A DNA stretch of 64,000 bases from an uncultured Gemmatimonadales bacterium (GCA_963737835.1 CAVTUH010000001.1:2914022-2978021), one strand, 5' to 3'; shown: positions 39,826 to 50,520, counted from the stretch's first letter. The notes: generated by a model not told the origin, from the sequence alone. Numbers and translations: made by a program.

Positions 39826-39889
39826 TGGCCTGCTCTTCTAATGATGGAGAAAACGAGACGTCGAAAGCGGCGGGCGGGACGAGGGTTTG

Positions 39890-40864
39890 TCAATGCGGAG
39901 GTTCTTTGATGCAGGCGGCCCAGTGGCCCGGCGCTTTCTCCTCGAGGGCGGGGCGCGTCTGCGTGCACGCAGTGTCCTTGGCGGGGTGCGGGCAGCGAGG
40001 GTACAACGGACAGCCGGCCGGCAGATCCGCGGGGGACACCGGCTCTCCGGCCAGGACGATGGGCATGCGCCGAGCCGCGGGATCCGGGATAGGCGCGGCG
40101 GCCAGGAGCGCACGTGTGTAGGGCATGCGCGGCCGGCGGTAAACATCGCCGGCAGGACCCAGCTCGACGATCCGACCGAGGTACATAACCGCGACGCGCG
40201 TCGCCATGTGCGCGACGACCGCGAGGTCGTGGGCGATGAGCAGATAGGTGAGGCCACGGTCGCGCTGGAGGTCCTGCAACAGGTTGAGCACCTGTGCCTG
40301 CACCGATACATCGAGAGCCGACACCGGCTCGTCGCAGACCAGGAACTCGGGCTGCACCGCGAGCGCGCGCGCGATTCCGATCCGCTGTCGCTGTCCGCCT
40401 GAGAATTGGCGTGGGTAGCAGCGCGCATCGTCGGGCCGCAGCCCTACTTCGGCGAGCAGCTGGCCCACCCGGGCATCGGCGGCCGCGCCCTCCGCGAGCC
40501 GGTGAATCGTCAGCCCCTCGCGAATGCTCGCCCCGACGGTGAGGCGCGGGTTGAGCGACGCATACGGATCCTGAAACACCAGCTGCATCCGCCGGCGCAT
40601 GTGGCGAAGCGATGCGGCACTGAGCGCCAGGAGGTCCACCCCGTCGAACGATACGGTGCCGGACGTCGGTTCGATGAGGCGCAGCACCGCGCGCCCGGTG
40701 GTCGTCTTGCCGCAGCCCGACTCGCCGACGAGGGCAAGCGTCTCACCGCGCGCGATGTCGAACGATACACCATCGACGGCGCGGATCACTCGAGCTCCGC
40801 GCCGACCGTTTGCCGCGAACGGGTACACCTTGCACAGCTCTCGCACCGCCACGAGCGGCGTCAT
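39890..40864 (-). CDS. Oligopeptide/dipeptide ABC transporter ATP-binding protein (OppF/DppF-type)
   Basis: Walker [10 protein letters not shown], signature LSGGQRQR, Walker B, C-terminal oligopeptide-type extension. Confidence 0.9.
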   Translation of the reverse strand: MTPLVAVRELCKVYPFAANGRRGARVIRAVDGVSFDIARGETLALVGESGCGKTTTGRAVLRLIEPTSGTVSFDGVDLLALSAASLRHMRRRMQLVFQDPYASLNPRLTVGASIREGLTIHRLAEGAAADARVGQLLAEVGLRPDDARCYPRQFSGGQRQRIGIARALAVQPEFLVCDEPVSALDVSVQAQVLNLLQDLQRDRGLTYLLIAHDLAVVAHMATRVAVMYLGRIVELGPAGDVYRRPRMPYTRALLAAAPIPDPAARRMPIVLAGEPVSPADLPAGCPLYPRCPHPAKDTACTQTRPALEEKAPGHWAACIKEPPH

Positions 40865-41970
40865 CCCCGACCCTTAGCCCCGCTGTTGGTATCTGCCAGG
40901 TGACATCGCGAGACATGACCGGCGCCAATCTGATACAGCGGTGGCAACTCGGTCGCGCAACGTTCCCATGCAAACGCGCATCGGTCGCGGAATCGGCACC
41001 CCGCGGGCCACGCCGTCGCTGGTGGCACGGTGCCGGGGATCGTGGCGAGTCGCGCGTTCGGCGCGTCCGTGACATCGAGCCGCGGCACAGCGCGCAGCAA
41101 CCCGATTGTATATGGGTGCTGGGGTGCCGTGAACAGTGCTGCGACCGGTGCTTCTTCCACGACGAGGCCCGCATACATCACGATCACCCGGGTCGCGATC
41201 GCGGCGACCACGCCAAGGTCGTGACTGATCAACACCATGGCCATGCCGAGTCGACGCCGCAACTCGACGAGGAGCGCAAGAATCTGTGCCTGGATCGTCA
41301 CGTCGAGCGCAGAGGTCGGCTCATCCGCGATCAGCAGCGCCGGGTGCTGCACGAGCGCCATCGCGATCATGACTCGTTGGCGTGTGCCGCCAGACAACTG
41401 ATGGGGGTAGTGGTGAGCCCGTTCCTCCGGCGCTGGCACGCCCACCTCTCGCAGCGTCTCCACGGCGCGCGCCCAGGCCTCGCCTCGACGGGCGCGCGTG
41501 TGGACACGCACGACTTCGGCGATCTGCCAACCGACGGAGTACACCGGATTGAGGGCGCTCGCCGGCTCCTGAAATACCATCCCGATCCGATTCCCTCGAA
41601 TTGCGCGCAGGTCACGTGGCTCGAGGCGCATCATGTCCGTCCCCTCGAACTCCACGACGCTCCGGGAGTCAATTTCGCCCGGCGGACGAATCAGGCGCAG
41701 AATGGACAGCGCGGTGGCGGATTTGCCACAGCCCGATTCACCGACCACGCCGACGGTTTCGCCCTGAGCCACATCGATCGACACGCCGTCGACTGCTCGC
41801 GCTGGCGGCCCGTCCGTTTGGAAGGTGACGCGCAGGTCACGGATCGAGAGCAGCGGACCGCTCATGCCGCGCTGGCCAGGCTCGCGGCTTCGCGCAATCC
41901 GTCGGCCACGGCGTTGACGGCCATCACCGTGCTGACAATGGCGACGCCGGGGAAGATGGACAGCCACCAC
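40861..41970 (-). CDS. Oligopeptide/dipeptide ABC transporter ATP-binding protein (OppD/DppD-type)
   Basis: Walker [17 protein letters not shown] signature. 4-nt overlap with the downstream ATPase gene. Confidence 0.9.
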   Translation of the reverse strand: MVAVHLPRRRHCQHGDGRQRRGRRIARSREPGQRGMSGPLLSIRDLRVTFQTDGPPARAVDGVSIDVAQGETVGVVGESGCGKSATALSILRLIRPPGEIDSRSVVEFEGTDMMRLEPRDLRAIRGNRIGMVFQEPASALNPVYSVGWQIAEVVRVHTRARRGEAWARAVETLREVGVPAPEERAHHYPHQLSGGTRQRVMIAMALVQHPALLIADEPTSALDVTIQAQILALLVELRRRLGMAMVLISHDLGVVAAIATRVIVMYAGLVVEEAPVAALFTAPQHPYTIGLLRAVPRLDVTDAPNARLATIPGTVPPATAWPAGCRFRDRCAFAWERCATELPPLYQIGAGHVSRCHLADTNSGAKGRG

Positions 41971-42791
41971 AGGCTTTGGATCTGGTCAGCGCCATCGAGC
42001 ATGATGTTGCCCCAGCTGGGATACGGCGGCTGCACGCCAAGACCGAGGAACGACAGCCCGGCCTCGAGCAGAATTACCTGACCGACGCCGAGCGCGGCGC
42101 CCACAATGATCGGCGACGTCGCGTTGGGGAGAGCGTGCCGAAAGAGGATCCGTGGAGCGCTCGCCCCGAGCGCGCGAGCGGCCACCACCCATTCACGCTC
42201 GCGCAACGCGAGCACCTCGGCGCGAACGATGCGACTCATCCCGAACCAGCCGGTCAGCCCGAGCGTCAGGATGAGCGCACCGAGCGACAGTCGATTCCAC
42301 AGCGTGACGATGACCAGCAACAGCAGCACGCGCGGCATCGAGAGACACGCGTCGGTAATGCGCATCATCAATTCGTCGACGCCGCCTCCCGCGTAGCCGG
42401 AGATCGCGCCGTACAGCGTGCCGACCGTGGTGGCCATGAGCGTCGAGAGCACCGCGACGGACAGCGAGACGCGACTCGCATACAGGACGCGACTCAGCAC
42501 GTCGCGACTCAGCGGATCGGTGCCGAAGGGGTGTGTCCACGAGGGGGCCTGGCTTTTGAGCGCGATCAGATCGAGCGGCGTGTTTGGCGGGAACGGCGCG
42601 AGCGCTGGCGCGAGCAGTGCGACCCCGATCACGCCGATGATGACCACGAGCCCGACGACCGCTCCCCGATCGCGGCGAAAGCGCTGCCAGACGGCGCGCC
42701 ACGGTGCGGCGAGCGGCACCGATGCGACCGGCAGCAGGGAGTCGAGCCCGGCCCGAGGCGTGGGGCGTGTAGTCGAGGAGCCGGCGATCAT
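41862..42791 (-). CDS. Oligopeptide/dipeptide ABC transporter permease (OppC/DppC-type)
   Basis: BPD-transporter permease. Start set at the internal ATG 42791, which overlaps the DppB stop; the ORF-track N-terminal extension is spurious. Confidence 0.8.
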   Translation of the reverse strand: MIAGSSTTRPTPRAGLDSLLPVASVPLAAPWRAVWQRFRRDRGAVVGLVVIIGVIGVALLAPALAPFPPNTPLDLIALKSQAPSWTHPFGTDPLSRDVLSRVLYASRVSLSVAVLSTLMATTVGTLYGAISGYAGGGVDELMMRITDACLSMPRVLLLLVIVTLWNRLSLGALILTLGLTGWFGMSRIVRAEVLALREREWVVAARALGASAPRILFRHALPNATSPIIVGAALGVGQVILLEAGLSFLGLGVQPPYPSWGNIMLDGADQIQSLWWLSIFPGVAIVSTVMAVNAVADGLREAASLASAA

Positions 42792-43783
42792 GCGGCGGCA
42801 GAGACGGTCGTCACGGACGCGTGGCGGAGACGAGGATCCGCGACGGTGTAGAGAACGTCCGCCACGAAACTGCCGACCACGACGGCAATGCTCGCGATCA
42901 ACGCGCAGCCAATGACGAGTGGGTAGTCGCGCGCCGCGACGGCGTCGACCGCGAGCGCACCGACGCCCGGCCATGAGAAGACCTTCTCGATGAACACCGT
43001 GCCGGTCACAAAGCTTGGCAGCGAGAGGCCGAGCAACGAAATGATCGGGATGGCCGCGTTCCGCAGCGCGTGCCGGACGATCACCGCCCACTCCGGCACG
43101 CCCTTCGCCCGCGCCGTGCGGAGATAGTCGTCGGCTGCCACATCGAGAAGGGCGGCTCGCTGAAAGCGCGCGACGAACGCGGTCGTGAGCGCGGCGAGTG
43201 TCAGCGCCGGCAATACGAGATGATGTACGCGGTCCACGATTGCGGGCCACGTGCTGAGGTACCGGTGCATGACGGGGTCGACGACTCCGCTCGCCGGAAA
43301 GAGCGGCAACCAGTACGCGAAGACGAGGAGCGCCACCTGCGCCAGCCAGAAGTCGGGCGTGCAGTAGAGCGCCAGGGAGACGCCGCCGAGCAACCGGTCG
43401 GCGAGCGACCCGCGGCGTGCGACCTGAATGAGCGCGATGAGCACGCCGAGGCCGAAACTCAGCGCGAGCCCGGAACCCGCGAGCAGCAGGGTATTGGGGA
43501 GCGCGCGTGCGAGCACCGTGCTCACCGGCTCGTTGTAGCTGATCGAGTATCCGAGCCGGCCCCGCGCGACACTGGCGATGAACTTCACGTATTGGACTCC
43601 GAGGGGCTGGTCGAGGCCGTACGCGTGACGCCAGAACTCTCGCGTGGCCTCGGACATTCGCCCATTGGCAGGATCGCCCAGGGGATCGCCCGGCGCCAGG
43701 TGAATGAGGAAGAACGTCAAGGTCGCCACGGCGACGACCACAATGCCGGCTTGGAGCGAGCGGCGGACAAGCAAGGCGCGCAT
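42788..43783 (-). CDS. Oligopeptide/dipeptide ABC transporter permease (OppB/DppB-type)
   Basis: 331 aa, 6 TM, EAA-like loop. Confidence 0.85.
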   Translation of the reverse strand: MRALLVRRSLQAGIVVVAVATLTFFLIHLAPGDPLGDPANGRMSEATREFWRHAYGLDQPLGVQYVKFIASVARGRLGYSISYNEPVSTVLARALPNTLLLAGSGLALSFGLGVLIALIQVARRGSLADRLLGGVSLALYCTPDFWLAQVALLVFAYWLPLFPASGVVDPVMHRYLSTWPAIVDRVHHLVLPALTLAALTTAFVARFQRAALLDVAADDYLRTARAKGVPEWAVIVRHALRNAAIPIISLLGLSLPSFVTGTVFIEKVFSWPGVGALAVDAVAARDYPLVIGCALIASIAVVVGSFVADVLYTVADPRLRHASVTTVSAAA

Positions 43784-43815
43784 GCGTCGGCGCAGCTGTC
43801 AGCCGGGGGACGGCA

Positions 43816-45510
43816 TCACCGTGGCGCGGCAGCCAGCCCGATATTGTCCCGCGGCAGTCTCAATGCGGCGGGTACATACCAATCCGCGAGGTTCGCGTAC
43901 CACTCATCGAGGCGCATGGGGGCGGTGTGCACGCGACGGTGCACGGCGCTCACCTCCCGTGGCTGAAAGAGCCAGACGGCGGGGACATCAGCGTTGATGA
44001 CGGTGTAGGCGCGATGCAGCAGGTCGTGCACCTGGGCAGGGTCGGTGCCGACGAGTGCGCTGTCGACCAGGGCATCGAACCTGGCGTTCTCGTACGACGT
44101 CCAGTTGAGACCATCGTGCTCGGCAGATGTCGTCCACGACTGCTTGATGTCGTTCATGGCGCCGTCGGTGCGGAACACGTTCAGGGTCGCGTCGAAATCG
44201 CGGGCGCGCAACTGGCTAATGAGCGCACGGATTTCAATCGGATCGACGGTCACCTTTGCGCCGACTCGCATCAGCTGATCCTGGATCAGCAGGGCGATCT
44301 GCTGGCGAGGCTTGCTCGATGTCGGCACGACCAAGGAAAACGACAATGGCCGGCCGGCCTTCACACGAATGCCATCTGTCCCACGGTGCCAGCCCGCGGA
44401 ATCGAGCAATCGATTCGCGCGGGCCGTGTCATAGGGGAGCGCCGTTGCCGTCGGGTCCGCGCTGGCCGTGCCCAGGGCAAATGGTCCATTGACTACCGTG
44501 GCCAGCGTGTCAAACACATTGCGCACGATCCGTTCACGATCCAACGCCATCGCGAACGCTTGCCGTACCGCGCGGTCGCCGAAGATGGGGTGCGGCCGCG
44601 ACGCCGCGCCAGCGTGCAGGTTGAACCACAAGAACCCATACGAAGGGTCCTTGTGAATCAGCGGGGCGAGCTCGGGGTGCTGCGCAAGGTCAGCCACGCT
44701 CGCCGGTGGAACGTACTGCAGGAAGTCGGCGTCCCCAGCCAGGAGCCGGGTCATCGCTGCGCCCGAACTCGGGGTCGCGGAGATGATCAGGCGATCCAGC
44801 TTCGCTCGACCGCGGTAGTTCCCGGTATCGGCAACGAACTCGATCGTCGAGGGTGCGGGGGATCCGTTGAAGCGGAACCGGCTGTCACCCACGGGATGAT
44901 GCGCAAAGTCCGATGTCCGCAGATCGGCGGGTGGAATGCTGCGCAGGAGATGCTCCGGGCAGACGAACATCTGATATGTCGCGTCGAAAAACTGCTCTGG
45001 ATAGCGGTGCTTGAACCAGAAGACTGCCGTGACCGAGTCAGGCGCGGTGACCGAATCGATCGCCGTGAGTTGAGAGCCGTTGTCGATTCCAGCCGCCGGG
45101 TTTGTGTACAGGCGGTATGTGAACACCACGTCGTTGGAGCGGACGGGGACTCCGTCGTGCCACCGGGCTCGTGGGTCGAGATGAAAGACGACGGCGAGCG
45201 AATCGTGCGTCCACTCCCACCGGTCAGCCAGGCGGGGCACGAAGCCGCGATCGCCGAATGTGTTCAGCGAATCACCCGGCTCGGCCAGGCGATCAAACAA
45301 CGATGCGACCGCCATTGCCTCCTGGGTCGAAATCGCGTAGGGAGGCAACAGCGTCGCGACATCCGCTGGGGTGGCCACGACGAGCGTGCCGCCGACATCC
45401 GCGGCGCCGCCGCTGGATCCCGCGGCGAAGCGGGAATCGCCGTGCCCGCAGCCAAGCGCGATTGCGCTCGCGAGCACGGTGGCAATGGTCACGAGCGGTT
45501 GGTGGCTCAT
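43816..45510 (-). CDS. Peptide ABC transporter substrate-binding protein (SBP family 5)
   Basis: ~560 aa with a lipoprotein-type signal (ASAIALGCG). Start chosen at ~45510. Confidence 0.8.
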   Translation of the reverse strand: MSHQPLVTIATVLASAIALGCGHGDSRFAAGSSGGAADVGGTLVVATPADVATLLPPYAISTQEAMAVASLFDRLAEPGDSLNTFGDRGFVPRLADRWEWTHDSLAVVFHLDPRARWHDGVPVRSNDVVFTYRLYTNPAAGIDNGSQLTAIDSVTAPDSVTAVFWFKHRYPEQFFDATYQMFVCPEHLLRSIPPADLRTSDFAHHPVGDSRFRFNGSPAPSTIEFVADTGNYRGRAKLDRLIISATPSSGAAMTRLLAGDADFLQYVPPASVADLAQHPELAPLIHKDPSYGFLWFNLHAGAASRPHPIFGDRAVRQAFAMALDRERIVRNVFDTLATVVNGPFALGTASADPTATALPYDTARANRLLDSAGWHRGTDGIRVKAGRPLSFSLVVPTSSKPRQQIALLIQDQLMRVGAKVTVDPIEIRALISQLRARDFDATLNVFRTDGAMNDIKQSWTTSAEHDGLNWTSYENARFDALVDSALVGTDPAQVHDLLHRAYTVINADVPAVWLFQPREVSAVHRRVHTAPMRLDEWYANLADWYVPAALRLPRDNIGLAAAPR

Positions 45511-45669
45511 AGGGCGTCGGAGCATGGCGGGCAGGTATGGGGAGCGTCGTGGGCGACAAACGACGGCGCGCGAGCTGATCCCGTCACGCTCAGCATACAC
45601 GCGTCTCACGTGATGGCCCTAGGATGGGGCGAGGCGCGGGGGCAGGGCAAGGCGCGGACGACGAAAAGC

Positions 45670-46490
45670 TCACAGACGCCACGTCCATCTAGGGTCGGCG
45701 TAATGCGTGAGGAGCGCCGGGTACTCGCCTCGTACGGCATCGGGATCGAGTGGCGACGAGGGTGGCTGCGCGGCTCGCTCCAACGTGCTGTCCAATGCCT
45801 GTCGCAGTGTCGTGCCTACTTCGTCGAGCGTCGGCCGGCGACCGAGCACGTCGTGAAGCGTCGCAACGCGAGCCGGGACTGAACTCGGCGCGAACTGCGC
45901 GAGCAGGTACTGGTCGTCGTCGATGAGGATCGAGCCGTGCTGCAGCACGGCGTTCCCTTCGCGCCATTGTGCGCTGCCCACCAGCTTCCGGCCGTCTGCC
46001 ACGAGCTCGCCCGTCGTCGCGTCGTTGAAGCATGGGGAGCCGACGCCGGGGGCCAGCGCCCGGATGCCGTTGCCAGCGAGGCCAACCCGGGCGCCCAGGC
46101 TGTGCAGCGCGTCGACGAGCAATTGGTTCACGGCGGCGTAGACGTCGCGGACCCTGCGGCGCGGGGCGCGGGTCGCGACGTTCAGCAACGGAGCGGCGAT
46201 ACTGTACGTGATCTCGCGGTGGTGCAGGACCGCGCGCCCGCCAGTCGGCCTTCGGACGACGTCGACCCCGAGGGACTCGATTCGGCGCGTGTCGTAGATG
46301 CTGCGAGCTGGCTGATGCCGGCCGAATGAAAGCGTCGGCGCGGACCAACCATACACTCGGAGGACCGCCTCACCCGTTTCAGCTGCGCGCCGCATGAGGG
46401 CGTGATCGAGCGCCATGTTGTGCGCGCCCGACGCGGGTGACGTCGTCAGTACTCGCCAGCGCTCGAAGCTGGCGAGCAGTGTCTCAGTGG
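45670..46490 (-). CDS. lplA: Lipoate-protein ligase / octanoyltransferase family protein (BPL_LplA_LipB domain)
   Basis: …WRVL…NMALDHALM…GRAVLHHREITYS… and a conserved K-containing region. The true start lies just downstream of the gcvH stop (non-ATG start likely). The ORF-track N-terminus overlaps gcvH. Confidence 0.65.
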
Positions 46491-46495
46491 CCCGG

Positions 46496-46882
46496 CTAGG
46501 CGCCGACGTGCGTGGCGTACTCCGCGGGCGAGAGGAGTCCATCACGCGCAGCCGGATTGGCTGGTCGGAGACGGAGCATCCACCCGTCGCCGTAGGGGTC
46601 CGTGTTGACGAGCGCTGGCTCTTTGTCGAGGCGCTCATTGATCGCCACGACCTCGCCCGCGATGGGGCTGAACAGCTCCGACACGGCTTTCACCGCCTCG
46701 ACGGTGCCGAACACGTCATGGGCGGAAAACTTGGCCCCGGCCTTTGGCAACTCGAGGTAGACAATGTCGCCGAGCTCCCCCTGCGCGTAGTCGGTGATGC
46801 CGACTTCCGCCAGTCCGTCGGGGCGGACGCGGACGTATTCGTGCTCCTGCGTGTACAGCAAATCGCTCGGTATGTTGGCCAT
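46496..46882 (-). CDS. gcvH: Glycine cleavage system protein H
   Basis: 128 aa. Lipoyl-lysine motif …TVEAVKAVSELFSP…. Confidence 0.92.
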   Translation of the reverse strand: MANIPSDLLYTQEHEYVRVRPDGLAEVGITDYAQGELGDIVYLELPKAGAKFSAHDVFGTVEAVKAVSELFSPIAGEVVAINERLDKEPALVNTDPYGDGWMLRLRPANPAARDGLLSPAEYATHVGA

Positions 46883-46911
46883 GCGACAGGATGGGCCCGA
46901 CCGCGAGACGG

Positions 46912-47541
46912 TCAGGCGGTGAGAGAAGGCGCGAGGGCTTCGGCTTCGCGCGTCAACTCTGCCCAGACCTCCGCGACGCGGGCATCCAGCGCTTCGAGCG
47001 AGCTGGTATTGTCGATCACGAAGTCCGCGCGTGCGCGTTTGAGTTCGGCGGGCATCTGCGCAGTGATCATGTCGAGGGCTTCAGTCTCATGCAACCCCCG
47101 CTCGCGAACCAGGCGCTCGAGCCGAAGGGGGCGCGGCGCGTCGATGAGTACGATCCGGTCAAACTCGTCGGCCAGCCGTCGCTCGAACAGAAGGGGGATA
47201 TCACAGACGATCACGCGCTCTCCGCGCGCGCGCGCCTGGGCGACCTGTTCGTTCCGCAGCCGGGTGACGGCTGGGTGGACGATGCGGTTCAACTCCTCGA
47301 GCTCGTCCTGATCGTGAAACACTCGCCGGCGGAGAGCGGCGCGGTTGAGGACGCCGTCCGCCGAGATCACCTCGGCACCCCAGCGTTCGGCGATCCGCTG
47401 GAGGGCGGGTGTACCTGAATCCACGGCCCTGCGGGCGAGCTCGTCGGCGTCGATGACCGTCGCCCCCAGTTCCCGGAGGCGGCGGGCAACGGTGGACTTG
47501 CCGCTGGCAATGTTGCCTGTCAAGCCGACGACGAGGGCCAT
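46912..47541 (-). CDS. coaE: Dephospho-CoA kinase
   Basis: Walker A GLTGNIASGKST and CoaE layout. 209 aa. Confidence 0.9.
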   Translation of the reverse strand: MALVVGLTGNIASGKSTVARRLRELGATVIDADELARRAVDSGTPALQRIAERWGAEVISADGVLNRAALRRRVFHDQDELEELNRIVHPAVTRLRNEQVAQARARGERVIVCDIPLLFERRLADEFDRIVLIDAPRPLRLERLVRERGLHETEALDMITAQMPAELKRARADFVIDNTSSLEALDARVAEVWAELTREAEALAPSLTA

Positions 47542-47546
47542 CAGGA

Positions 47547-47570
47547 CAGGGGTCAGGGTTTGGGGTTAGG
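47547..47570. repeat. G-quadruplex-type heptamer arm abutting the coaE start codon
   Basis: caggggtcagggtttggggttagg begins 6 nt from the coaE ATG. Confidence 0.5.
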
Positions 47571-47755
47571 AGTCAGCAACCACAGGCTCGGGCGGGAACG
47601 ACTCGCCGCGTTGGCCCCCGGGCCCATCGCCCTCAAACAGGGGAGGACCGGGTACCCATCATCGCGGCTAATCTAAGGCAAATACGCGGTTCTTGCCTGA
47701 TTTGCTGAGAACGCATGGTTTACGCGGGCGATAAACAAATGGCGGTCTTAAACCG

Positions 47756-47930
47756 CGAGGGCGACGCATTGCGTCGCCCCTACCCGCCGAACCCTCGACC
47801 TCGTGCGGTCGGTGCCCAAGACGACGAAGGGCGACGCAGGCGTCGCCCCTGCCTGTGATCCGCGGCCTCGTGCGGTTGGTGCGAACCGACGAAGGGCGAC
47901 GCAGGCCCCTACGCCGTCGAACCGGTGGGG
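47756..47930. repeat. Tandem array of three ~65-bp units, each containing a palindromic REP-like core (gaagggcgacgca…gtcgcccct) plus a conserved cctcgtgcggtYggtgc spacer
   Basis: Units start at 47756, 47827 and 47891. The spacers are mutually similar, so this is not a CRISPR array. The third unit overlaps the 3' end of the AraC-type ORF. Confidence 0.7.
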
Positions 47931-48820
47931 TCGGTATCGGGCGGACGAATGGCGGCGACCTGGGCCGGAGTCAATCGGGCGGGGCGGCCGTTCGAGGTGC
48001 CCGTCGGAGAGGACCCATCGGGGTTTGATGCCGGAGGTCTCGAGATGACGACGTCGGGTGCCCCGGCCTCCTTCATAAAGACGCCGATGACGTAGGTGGC
48101 GCCGCCGCGCTCGCGCATCTGTTGCGGCGTCACATGGAGATAGCGCTGGCAGGTATTCCGGAATGCGCTGCCGGAGGGGAAGTCCAGCACCTGGGCGACG
48201 CTATCGGCGCTTCGATGGACGTCCTCGAGCATGTGCGCTGCCACGATCAGTCGACCCCAGGTGAGCAGCCGGTGGGGCGCGGGGAAGCCGGCCTCGGTAA
48301 GGCGACGTGTGAGTAGCCGGCGGGGGACGGCCAGCAGGCGGGCGAACGCTTCCGGGGTCAGTCGTTCGTGGGCTCGCGTGACCGCTGCGAGCACCGCATC
48401 GCGCACGGTCGGCTTCAGATTCGCGATGACTGGGCGCAGCACGCTCGCCACACTGCGGGCTTCCGCCTTCTCGACGTGCATGAGCATGGTCGCCGGCGCG
48501 TCGTCCAGATCGGCCACGATGAGCCCGTCGAGACCGCACCGTCCGGCGTCGAACATGTCGCGGGCGCGCTCGGTCGTAATGCTGACGTAGGCGACGAGGG
48601 CGACGCGCGGGAACCTGAGCTTGAGAACGCGGACGCGCTCGAAGTTCGCCGGGCCGTCTGCGTACAAGTCGAGCACGGCCAGGTGGACGGGCTCCGTTTC
48701 ACACACCCGAGTGAGGGTGCTCCAATCCTCGCACGTGACCAGCGTGTGTCGCTCGCGAATGGCTGCACGCAAGCGCTGGAGGCGCCCCGGCTGGGGCAAC
48801 AGAGTCACGATCACGCCCAT
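47909..48820 (-). CDS. AraC-type HTH transcriptional regulator with N-terminal receiver-like domain
   Basis: C-terminal AraC HTH (…AFRNTCQRYLHVTPQQMR…). N-terminal ~120 aa are receiver-like (VHLAVLDLYADG). The last ~60 codons may be read-through into repeat DNA. Confidence 0.65.
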   Translation of the reverse strand: MGVIVTLLPQPGRLQRLRAAIRERHTLVTCEDWSTLTRVCETEPVHLAVLDLYADGPANFERVRVLKLRFPRVALVAYVSITTERARDMFDAGRCGLDGLIVADLDDAPATMLMHVEKAEARSVASVLRPVIANLKPTVRDAVLAAVTRAHERLTPEAFARLLAVPRRLLTRRLTEAGFPAPHRLLTWGRLIVAAHMLEDVHRSADSVAQVLDFPSGSAFRNTCQRYLHVTPQQMRERGGATYVIGVFMKEAGAPDVVISRPPASNPDGSSPTGTSNGRPARLTPAQVAAIRPPDTDPTGSTA

Positions 48821-49030
48821 GCTCAGTGGACGCGAGGGATAGCGCGCCCGTCACGCGCAATGTCCACTGTCGTAGGTCGTGACAGTGTCGCGGCGGGCTT
48901 GTGACGGCTAACCGACTCAAGCCGAGTACATTGGACGCCTGACCGGTAATTCGGTCCGCTTACACAAACTGCGCGGGATGACTGTGCTCGCAATGCCTGA
49001 CGGCACGTGGGACACAGTCTGTACCGGCCC

Positions 49031-50494
49031 CTATCGTGGATTCCGCGGTAGGGGTCTGGCGTTTGGCGGCCGTCGCGACTCGCGGTCCCCTTGACCGCGC
49101 GGGGGCGGGGCGGATTGGTCGTTCGGGCGGGGGCGAAACTCTCTGCGTTCGCCCCCAGCAGGCGCTCGGTCGGTCGCTGGTGGTCGTCGGCCTCCGGGTC
49201 CGCCCCGCGCGTCGCGCGGGCCCTGGTCACGCCTGGATCGCTCTCGGTCGTGGCTCCGCGGACGTTCCTGTCGCGTCGCCTCTCGGGGCGGTTGGGGGGC
49301 GGGTGGTGCGGCTTCGACGCGCGAGCGTTTGGTCCGTTCATGCTCGAGGAGGCGCAGCGCGGCGGCGGCCAGCGCGGCCCCATCGAATTCTGCGAGCATT
49401 GGCTCGAGGGTCAGGAGCTCGCGGGCGGGCGTTCCGGCCGCTAACTCGCGCCGGAGGTCGGCACGGAGCTGAGCCTCGGACGCCCGTGCCGCGTCGAAAG
49501 GCGCGGAGAAGGTGAGGGGCACGATCGAGCCCGCCAGCGTGCGGAGCTGTCCCAACAATCGGGGCGGTCCAAGGGCCACGACGCGCGCAGGTTGGCTCGC
49601 GGTGGCGGCACGCCATTCGGCTGGCGTGTGCGGCAGATCGAACAGGACGACGAGCGCGGTGTGCTCGGTGACCTCGCCCCGGGTCAGGCGGACAGCATGG
49701 TGCCCATCGTACCCCAGCGCGCGGAGTGTATCGGCCACCTCGCGCTCTCCGTCAATCGATCGCACATAGATGAGCGCCGATGGTGGATCGAGCTCGTCGA
49801 GGACTGTTTGAAGCGCGCCCACTCGCGCCGACGCCGAGCACGTCACGTACGCGACCGACGACACCGCGACCGGCGGCTCTGCGGCAGCGGGTGACGGCGG
49901 GGTCACCCCTGTGCGTGCTTCGGTCCCTTCCGCGAGCGGCACCGGCCCCGTGTGCGAGAGCTGCAGCACGGGGGTCCGGCGCGCGTGGCGCTCGACAAAA
50001 TCCTTCGCGAGCGCATCCCACTGCGCAGTCATGATGAGCCGGGCTGCGCTCTTGGGCACCTCTGCGATAACCGCCTCCAGATCCTCGCCTCGTCCACTGG
50101 CGAGAATGTCTTCCAGCCACGCGACGGCGAGCACGCGGACCGCGTCGAGCTTGAGCGCCGACATACGCAGGAGCGCCAACAGCTGCTCTGGCGCCCCAAC
50201 GACAATGGGCGCGGCGCCTGCTCTCAGCACACGCGCGACTCGAGATGCGCCTGTTGCCGCAATGGCGCGCGGCATCGTCTGTCCGCGCACCGCGGTGATG
50301 GCCTGGGTGATCGCGACCGCCGCATCTGCACCGGCGACGACGACGAGCAACTGCGTCGCCGGCATATCGGCATCGATCCGATCGAAGGCGGTGGCCAGTG
50401 CGCCCGGCGCGGCCGACCAATGGGCTGGAACGAGGTAGACGGCGTTGGCGTTGCGTGCGACGCCTGGCCCGCCGCCCGACGGCTGTTGTTCCAC
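49031..50494 (-). CDS. DEAD-box helicase-like protein with degenerate catalytic motifs and RG-rich C-terminal tail
   Basis: Collinear with the DEAD-box core: …IVVGAPEQLLALL…VRVLAVAWLEDIL…LIMTAQ… correspond to PTRELA/TPGRL/DEAD/SAT. The Walker A GKT is absent, DEAD is replaced by WLED, and SAT by TAQ. The C-terminal 100 aa are RGG/RD-rich. Confidence 0.55.
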   Translation of the reverse strand: MEQQPSGGGPGVARNANAVYLVPAHWSAAPGALATAFDRIDADMPATQLLVVVAGADAAVAITQAITAVRGQTMPRAIAATGASRVARVLRAGAAPIVVGAPEQLLALLRMSALKLDAVRVLAVAWLEDILASGRGEDLEAVIAEVPKSAARLIMTAQWDALAKDFVERHARRTPVLQLSHTGPVPLAEGTEARTGVTPPSPAAAEPPVAVSSVAYVTCSASARVGALQTVLDELDPPSALIYVRSIDGEREVADTLRALGYDGHHAVRLTRGEVTEHTALVVLFDLPHTPAEWRAATASQPARVVALGPPRLLGQLRTLAGSIVPLTFSAPFDAARASEAQLRADLRRELAAGTPARELLTLEPMLAEFDGAALAAAALRLLEHERTKRSRVEAAPPAPQPPREATRQERPRSHDRERSRRDQGPRDARGGPGGRRPPATDRAPAGGERREFRPRPNDQSAPPPRGQGDRESRRPPNARPLPRNPR

Positions 50495-50520
50495 CTGGCC
50501 CCGCGGGCGCGTTCGCGCCC

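Noticed and set aside
47756-47930. Possible CRISPR array (three palindromic repeats at ~65-bp period)
   Set aside because: The spacers are homologous to each other (shared cctcgtgcggtYggtgc), there are only 3 units, the repeats belong to the dispersed REP-like family, and no cas genes are present. It is a tandem REP duplication.
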